Shown in pieces: positions 58,670 through 64,000 of a stretch of 64,000 nt of DNA (positions are counted from its first letter, which is position 1; each line of letters begins with the position of its first letter). The stretch is taken from NCBI GenBank assembly GCA_965220095.1, contig CBDCPD010000004.1, forward strand, positions 36,582 through 100,581, given 5' to 3'. This DNA comes from Dehalococcoidia bacterium. Its GTDB lineage: Bacteria; Chloroflexota; Dehalococcoidia; Lucifugimonadales; UBA3495. The notes beneath the pieces are model-generated. The model was not told the origin of the DNA, ran no database searches, and saw only the letters and a list, made by a program, of their open reading frames with translations. The translations under genes were made by a program, and so were the position numbers.

Positions 58670-61600
58670 CTACTTAAATCTCTGCGTTGGAGTACAAAAA
58701 GGCAGTTCTAGCCCGCTGAGGTCGTCATTCTTTTTTACATCCTGCAAGCCGCTGGGAATGCATCCGGTCAACTGGTTCGGGTGAAGCTGTAGGAACTCCA
58801 GCTTGTGTAAACCGCCCAATTCCACGGGTATCTCCCCGCTCAATTGGTTGTGGTCGAGGAACAGCGTGGTCAGGTTGGGCAGGTTGCCCAGTTCTGCCGG
58901 GATCTTTCCGGTCAACTGGTTTTGCAGGAGCATCAATTGCTCCAGGTTGGTCAGGTTGGCAAGTTCCAATGGTATTTCCCCGGTCAGCCGATTGGCGCCA
59001 AGGCCCAGAGAGTCCAAGCCTGCTAGGTTACCAAGTTGAGCGGGTATCTCCCCGCTCAACTCGTTGCCCCCTAGCCACAGTATTCGTAGGTTGGTCAGGT
59101 TGGCGAGTTCCAATGGTATCTCACCACTCAACTGATTGTACCGAAGCGCCAGCCACTCCAGATTTGCGAGGCTACCAAGTTCCCTCGGTATTTCCCCGCT
59201 CAACTGGTTTTTGGATAGGTCCAAGTATTGCAGGCGGCTCATACGGGCTAATTGCGTCGGTATATGCCCACTCATCTGATTGTCCTGAAGCGCCAGCCAC
59301 TCCAGATTTGCGAGGCTGCCCAGTTCCCTTGGTATCTCCCCGCTCAACTGGTTTTCGGATAGGTCCAACGTTTCCAGGTTGGTGAGGTTGCTGAGCACCG
59401 CTGGGATTTCCCCATTCAACTGATTGTTCCAGAGGTGCAGCTCGGTGACCCTGCCACTGGGATCAGTATATACACGGTGCCATAGATACAGGGGCTTATC
59501 GGTCAGCCAGTTCTTATTGTTCTTCCAGTTCGGACCGCCGGTGGCGTTGTAGAGGGCGACGAGCGCGGCCCTGTCTCCTGAGATGCCGTCGATTTTATCT
59601 GGACCTGGCTGTGGTGGTATGGGAGTGCCTTTTAGCACCTCGAGCGTCAGGGTGAAACTTCCCGTCTGACCGGGGGAGTCCGTCGTGGCCTCGATGGTGT
59701 AGGCCCCGGCATCCAGGCTGGCCCGTACCTGGGAACTGGTGGCGCCGGCGTAGTCCCCGTTCTCGTCCAGCACCTGCCTAGACAAAGAGTAGCCTTCCCG
59801 CAGGTATAGGTATGGGTCTGCGTCTCCGGACTCGAGGGTGACTGTCACTTCAGCCGGTGACGACAAGACCAAGTTATAGTACCGTGCGTGACCGCGTCCC
59901 AATACCGCCGATTCACAACCTTCGGCCCACCCTCCAAAATTGGGCCCCTCGTCGACCAATAATCGCCCGCAACCGCGGTCGGGATTCGGGAGTTTGGCGA
60001 ACCCGTGTCCCCAGGTGTTGTTGGGATGTTCCAATCCCTTCTGCTCCGTATGACCTTTCAGATACTCAACAACGTCTTGTGGACTGTAATTCGGGAACCG
60101 TTGTCGCACCAGAGCAACCAATCCGGCCACATGCGGGGTCGCTTGGCTGGTGCCGCAGAAGCCCGTACGTCCGCCCCTGAGGGGGGCTAGAGCCGACTCC
60201 GCACATGTCGCACCGACGATGTCGGGTTTGACCCTGCCGTCTGGCGTCGGCCCCCGGCTGCTGTAGTCCTCAATCGTGTTAACGTTGTGCCAGGGGGCTG
60301 CTCCTACGGCCAACATGCCGGGGTTGGCGCTCTCCGCTGGACTGATAATGCTGCCAAACCGGGTGTGGTGTTCAATGTCGTGCAGAATACCCGGTGAGAC
60401 GACTAATTGAATCCACTCGGGCTCGCTTCCGGCGCGGTGGACCACCCGGAAGCCGTACTCCCCGTCCTGGAGAGCCGCAAACACTAGCCATTCATGCGGA
60501 ACGTCGCCCTGGTGTCCTGATTGAGTGTCTTCGCTGCTCACCAACGCGCCACCCATTAAGATGGGACTTACGACCCAGTTGATTAAGATGCGTTCCACGG
60601 TCCAATTGTTTAACCAGTTGGTTGAGATGGGCTTCACGTCCCGGTTGGTGTTTTCAGAAACAAGGACAAGGTCGAAATCGCGAGTCGCTTCACCCCAACT
60701 GTCCTCCCACCGGAGCTGAACTATAATCACTTCTCCTTTGCGAAGCTGGAGACCGTTGTCTTCATCGTTAGAACTACCGTCGAAACTGATGTATCCATTC
60801 CCGTCCGGGTCGGAGTAGGGTCCAGACCAAAACCACGTCCGCCTCGCTTCATTGCCCGCCGCGTTTACCCAGACTATCCCTGCTTCGACGGCCCGGTCCA
60901 CGGTCCTCAGTGGATCGACACTGTCAGGAGACGTTCCATCACCGGGACCGCCAAAAAGCCATCCACTCGAGTAGTTGATGACCGACACTCCTTCCTCGAT
61001 CATCCAGTCGACGGTCTTTTGCAGGTCGCCGCGGGTGTATGGATTTGCGATGTACAGGGATGCCTCCGGAGCAACATCGATGATCGCCTCCGCGACCATG
61101 GTGCCGTGATCGCCATAGCCGGATAAAATATTACCAATGGCGAAACTTACCAATTCGCAGTGGTCGAGATCTGGAGAGTGTTTGTCGATAAGCGTGTAAC
61201 ACCTGGCCTCGACCGAAGCCGGTAGCTCGGTTCCCATGAGGCCTCTAAAACCTTCAAAACCTACGTCGATCACTCCCACCTTGATGCCCTGGCCGTTGTA
61301 TCCACCTTCGTTCCACGCGGGGGAACCGTGTTCACCGACACCCTGGCTGGTCACACCGCCATTGGTCCCCTGTGGCGGGACGATTTCACGTACCCGGAGG
61401 ACCCCAGGCAGTTCCGAGGTCTTTCCCAGCAACAACACCGGCACGTAGGCCTCGATGTAGTCCTCGCCCACGTTGCGGGGATCGCCACCGTTGTCGTTCA
61501 GAAAAGACACGACCTCTTCCGCGTTCCCCGACAGGTAGATGGTCACGGCAACTGACTCATCCTCGTGAATTGGGGCTTCTTCAGCGGCCTGCCGGACGGT

Positions 61601-61828
61601 GATTTCCCCGGACTCAATCCTCGCCACCAATTGGTCGAGCCTGGAGCCCAGACTGTAGTATTTCAGCTCCGGCTTCTTGGGAGGAGTGGACAGCGGATCG
61701 TCGCCATTCAACAGAAAAAGAACAACCGCAACCGAGAGAACAGCCAAGGCAGTCAGAGGCCCAATGACCAGGAAAGTGATCTTCATTCGACTTCGCATGG
61801 GAGTTCTCGTGCTGATGTCGCACCGCAT
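58670..61828 (-). CDS. Secreted subtilisin-like (S8) serine protease with pre-peptidase C-terminal-like domain and ten plant-type 24-residue LRRs
   Basis: Catalytic residues: D in VGVIDVGF, H in HGTMVAE, S in GTSQATPHVAG. The C-terminus has an LRRNT-like cap (ALVALYNATGGPNW...) plus 10 repeats of L..L..L.L..NQLSGEIP.ELG. The probable start is the internal Met (MRSRMKITF, about 61798). Confidence 0.8.
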   Translation of the reverse strand: MRCDISTRTPMRSRMKITFLVIGPLTALAVLSVAVVLFLLNGDDPLSTPPKKPELKYYSLGSRLDQLVARIESGEITVRQAAEEAPIHEDESVAVTIYLSGNAEEVVSFLNDNGGDPRNVGEDYIEAYVPVLLLGKTSELPGVLRVREIVPPQGTNGGVTSQGVGEHGSPAWNEGGYNGQGIKVGVIDVGFEGFRGLMGTELPASVEARCYTLIDKHSPDLDHCELVSFAIGNILSGYGDHGTMVAEAIIDVAPEASLYIANPYTRGDLQKTVDWMIEEGVSVINYSSGWLFGGPGDGTSPDSVDPLRTVDRAVEAGIVWVNAAGNEARRTWFWSGPYSDPDGNGYISFDGSSNDEDNGLQLRKGEVIIVQLRWEDSWGEATRDFDLVLVSENTNRDVKPISTNWLNNWTVERILINWVVSPILMGGALVSSEDTQSGHQGDVPHEWLVFAALQDGEYGFRVVHRAGSEPEWIQLVVSPGILHDIEHHTRFGSIISPAESANPGMLAVGAAPWHNVNTIEDYSSRGPTPDGRVKPDIVGATCAESALAPLRGGRTGFCGTSQATPHVAGLVALVRQRFPNYSPQDVVEYLKGHTEQKGLEHPNNTWGHGFAKLPNPDRGCGRLLVDEGPNFGGWAEGCESAVLGRGHARYYNLVLSSPAEVTVTLESGDADPYLYLREGYSLSRQVLDENGDYAGATSSQVRASLDAGAYTIEATTDSPGQTGSFTLTLEVLKGTPIPPQPGPDKIDGISGDRAALVALYNATGGPNWKNNKNWLTDKPLYLWHRVYTDPSGRVTELHLWNNQLNGEIPAVLSNLTNLETLDLSENQLSGEIPRELGSLANLEWLALQDNQMSGHIPTQLARMSRLQYLDLSKNQLSGEIPRELGSLANLEWLALRYNQLSGEIPLELANLTNLRILWLGGNELSGEIPAQLGNLAGLDSLGLGANRLTGEIPLELANLTNLEQLMLLQNQLTGKIPAELGNLPNLTTLFLDHNQLSGEIPVELGGLHKLEFLQLHPNQLTGCIPSGLQDVKKNDDLSGLELPFCTPTQRFK

Positions 61829-61913
61829 CGCTACCGTTTGTCAACCAGGGACTTTAAGTCCAGATGCGAGGGGCTCTCTTCCTCGGTTGCCACCGGAGTT
61901 GCCACCGGCAGGC

Positions 61914-63743
61914 TTAACCGCCGGGCGATGCGGGAACAACGTATGTGGCTGGCCATCCCCAACAAACCACTGAGCCGTCGTTCCTAACCCCGCACGTGTG
62001 GGCAAATCCGACGCTGACCGACGCAAACCGGCCAGGAGGTGGCGAGGCTTGCCCTTCATCATTGTGGCCCCAGCAGGCCACGGAACCATCGACCATCACC
62101 CCACAGGTGTGACCAGCCGCATATTCATTGCTGGCGTATGTTGCCAGCAGCCCACCCTGGGCGCTGACGGAGGCGAATCGACCATCAGGAGGTGTGGCCT
62201 GGCCGGCATCATTGTGGCCCCAGCAATCCGCAGATCCATCGTTCCTCAACCCACAGGTGTGGAGATACCCGGCGCTGACCGAGGTGAATTGGCCCTCCGG
62301 TGGCGTAGCTTGACCGAATTTGTTATCGCCCCAGCAATCCGCAGAGCCATCGTTCCTCAACCCGCAGGTGTGGAGATACCCGGCGCTGACCGAGGTGAAT
62401 TGGCCCTCTGGAGGTGTGGCTTTCCCTGCATAATCCTCGCCCCAGCAAGCCACGGTTCCGATGACCATCACACCGCAGGTATGGTTATACCCGGCGCTGA
62501 CCGAGGTGAAACGTCCCTCTGGAGGTGTGGCTTGGCCTTCATCATCCTCGCCCCAGCAGACCACGAAGCCGTTGTACCTGATTCCGCAAGTGTGATCGTA
62601 CCCGGCGCTCACCGAGGTGAACTGCTGCTGGGGAGGTGTGGCTTGGCTCCCATCATTCGCACCCCAGCAGACCACGAAGCCATCGTCCGTCAATCCGCAA
62701 GTGTGGTTTCCTCCAGCGCTAATCGAGGCGAAACGCCCCATGGGCGGCGTAGCTTCGCTTGAAAAATTGCTGCCCCAGCAGACGACGGCACCGTTGTCCC
62801 TGATTCCGCAGGTGTGGTAAGACCCCACACTGATCTGGGTGAACCGCCCTTGGGGAGGTGTGGTCTGGTCATTGAAATCAGCACCCCAGCAGACCGGTGA
62901 GGCATCCTCCCTGACCCCGCAGGTGTGGGTAGACCCGGCGCTAACCGAAGCGAACCGACCCTTGGGAGGAGAGGCGGCCCCATGGTCATTCCGGCCCCAG
63001 CAGACCACGGAGGCATCCTCCCTGGTCCCGCAGGTGTGTTGTACCCCCACGCTGACCGAGGTGAACCGCCCCTGGGGAGATGTGGTCTGGTCATTGGCAT
63101 CAGTCCCCCAGCAGACCGGTGAGGCGTCCTCCCTGACCCCGCAGGTGTGAGTAGACCCGGCGCTAACCGAGGTGAAACGTCCCTCTGGAGGTGTGGCTTG
63201 CCCCCGGTCATTCCGGCCCCAGCAGACCACGGAGGAATCCTGTTTAGTCCCGCAGGTGTGGGCAGACCCGGCGCTAACCGAAGCGAAACGGGCCTCCGGA
63301 GGAGAGGACTGCCCCGCATCATTGTCACCCCAGCAGACCACAGAGCCATCGTCAGTCATACCACAGGCGTGGGATCCCCCAGCGCTAACCGAAGCGAAAC
63401 GTCCCTCCGGAGGTGTGGCTTGGCCCGCATCATTCTCACCCCAGCAGACCACAGAGCCGTCGCCCGTCAAACCACAATTGAAGTTTCTACCGGCGCTGAT
63501 TGACGCAAAGGCCCAATATGAACCATCCCGCCCAGGTCCGGATCCGCTCTTGGGTCCCTCTAACGGCGGTTGGGTTGTTGCGGCCGGCCGCTGCGTAGCC
63601 GTACCTGGGGCAGATGTCGGCACGGTATCCCCGATAGATTTGCCCTCCCTGTCGCCGGCGAGAGGTACAGGAGCGCTCTCTTCGCACGCCGTGAGAAACG
63701 CGAGGATTAGAAACACGCCCGCGATCACAACACCCAGTTTCAT
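61914..63743 (-). CDS. Lipoprotein with 14 short (about 37-aa) RCC1-like beta-propeller repeats
   Basis: Lipobox FLTAC. There are 14 repeats of F.SVSAG..HTCG...DGSVVCWG.ND.GQ..PP. Start taken at MKLGVVIAG. Confidence 0.75.
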   Translation of the reverse strand: MKLGVVIAGVFLILAFLTACEESAPVPLAGDREGKSIGDTVPTSAPGTATQRPAATTQPPLEGPKSGSGPGRDGSYWAFASISAGRNFNCGLTGDGSVVCWGENDAGQATPPEGRFASVSAGGSHACGMTDDGSVVCWGDNDAGQSSPPEARFASVSAGSAHTCGTKQDSSVVCWGRNDRGQATPPEGRFTSVSAGSTHTCGVREDASPVCWGTDANDQTTSPQGRFTSVSVGVQHTCGTREDASVVCWGRNDHGAASPPKGRFASVSAGSTHTCGVREDASPVCWGADFNDQTTPPQGRFTQISVGSYHTCGIRDNGAVVCWGSNFSSEATPPMGRFASISAGGNHTCGLTDDGFVVCWGANDGSQATPPQQQFTSVSAGYDHTCGIRYNGFVVCWGEDDEGQATPPEGRFTSVSAGYNHTCGVMVIGTVACWGEDYAGKATPPEGQFTSVSAGYLHTCGLRNDGSADCWGDNKFGQATPPEGQFTSVSAGYLHTCGLRNDGSADCWGHNDAGQATPPDGRFASVSAQGGLLATYASNEYAAGHTCGVMVDGSVACWGHNDEGQASPPPGRFASVSVGFAHTCGVRNDGSVVCWGWPATYVVPASPGG

Positions 63744-64000
63744 GATGACGAACCTTATACGTGGCCACACTAGAGTCTCGGCGATGCAACTGATATGGTT
63801 CAGCGTTGGGGCTCGTGTGGATTCCAGTCTGGATTGGTGGTTGGGGCCGGCGACAGGATATGCTAACCACGTCTGCCCAAGACGTTCAAAACCGTATTAT
63901 AGGCCGGTGTCCAGCGACGTGGAGGTGAATTGACGCGACGGATTGAAATCGCCCAATCCATTGACTTGGCAACCAGCCTGACTATGGGGCAGGCCTTTCG

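Noticed and set aside
58800-59450. Regular 72-bp periodicity here and 111-bp periodicity at 62000-63500, which could be mistaken for a CRISPR or other repeat array.
   Set aside because: The repeats are in frame inside long ORFs and encode LRR and RCC1-like units. There are no unique spacers and no cas genes.

Overview
High-GC (roughly 60-65% by eye) bacterial segment that mixes housekeeping-type operons with a heavily rearranged accessory and mobile landscape. Taxonomy cannot be determined from this window alone.

Core-like content:
- An LLM-family flavin oxidoreductase.
- A five-gene peptide ABC importer (20.4-26.8 kb).
- An OGG1-type glycosylase.
- The SRAP / imuB-dnaE2 mutagenesis cassette (11.7-17.3 kb).
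- A translationally coupled GT4 / radical-SAM-SPASM / WG-repeat-O-methyltransferase / histidine-phosphatase operon, flanked by an epimerase and a UDP-glucose dehydrogenase (36-43.8 kb).

Accessory content:
- A prophage-like block at 0-3.7 kb (tandem DnaC-like ATPase, wHTH-HNH).
- An orphan NurA nuclease.
- An intact IS5/IS427-type IS with a TTA target duplication.
- A 5.5-kb IS21-family element carrying a 3-gene passenger module (DUF4143-type AAA ATPase plus two PaREP1/HEPN-like proteins). It is inserted in a TnpB-related gene at a site that was hit twice.
- Two MITE-like repeats.
- A helicase/nuclease/toxin-antitoxin island at 44-58 kb: VapBC, a 1718-aa exonuclease-RecQ-UvrD fusion, HNH, a secreted DUF1524-Excalibur nuclease, a decayed methyltransferase, HigBA and an SNF2+SWIM pair.
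- A secreted S8 protease with plant-type LRRs, next to a 14-repeat RCC1-like lipoprotein.

The most unusual sequence-level signal is a dispersed family of about 200-350-nt TnpB 3'-tail / omega-RNA-like modules. There are 8 copies or fragments, all on the + strand, and no intact tnpB in the window. One decayed copy encloses a transglutaminase gene between 59-bp direct repeats.

I cannot prove that any of these is a new system. My best candidates are, in order:
1. The IS21-borne ATPase/PaREP1 cargo.
2. The solo omega-RNA-like family.
3. The TA-flanked giant helicase island.

All functional calls come from motif recognition by eye; no database search was run.
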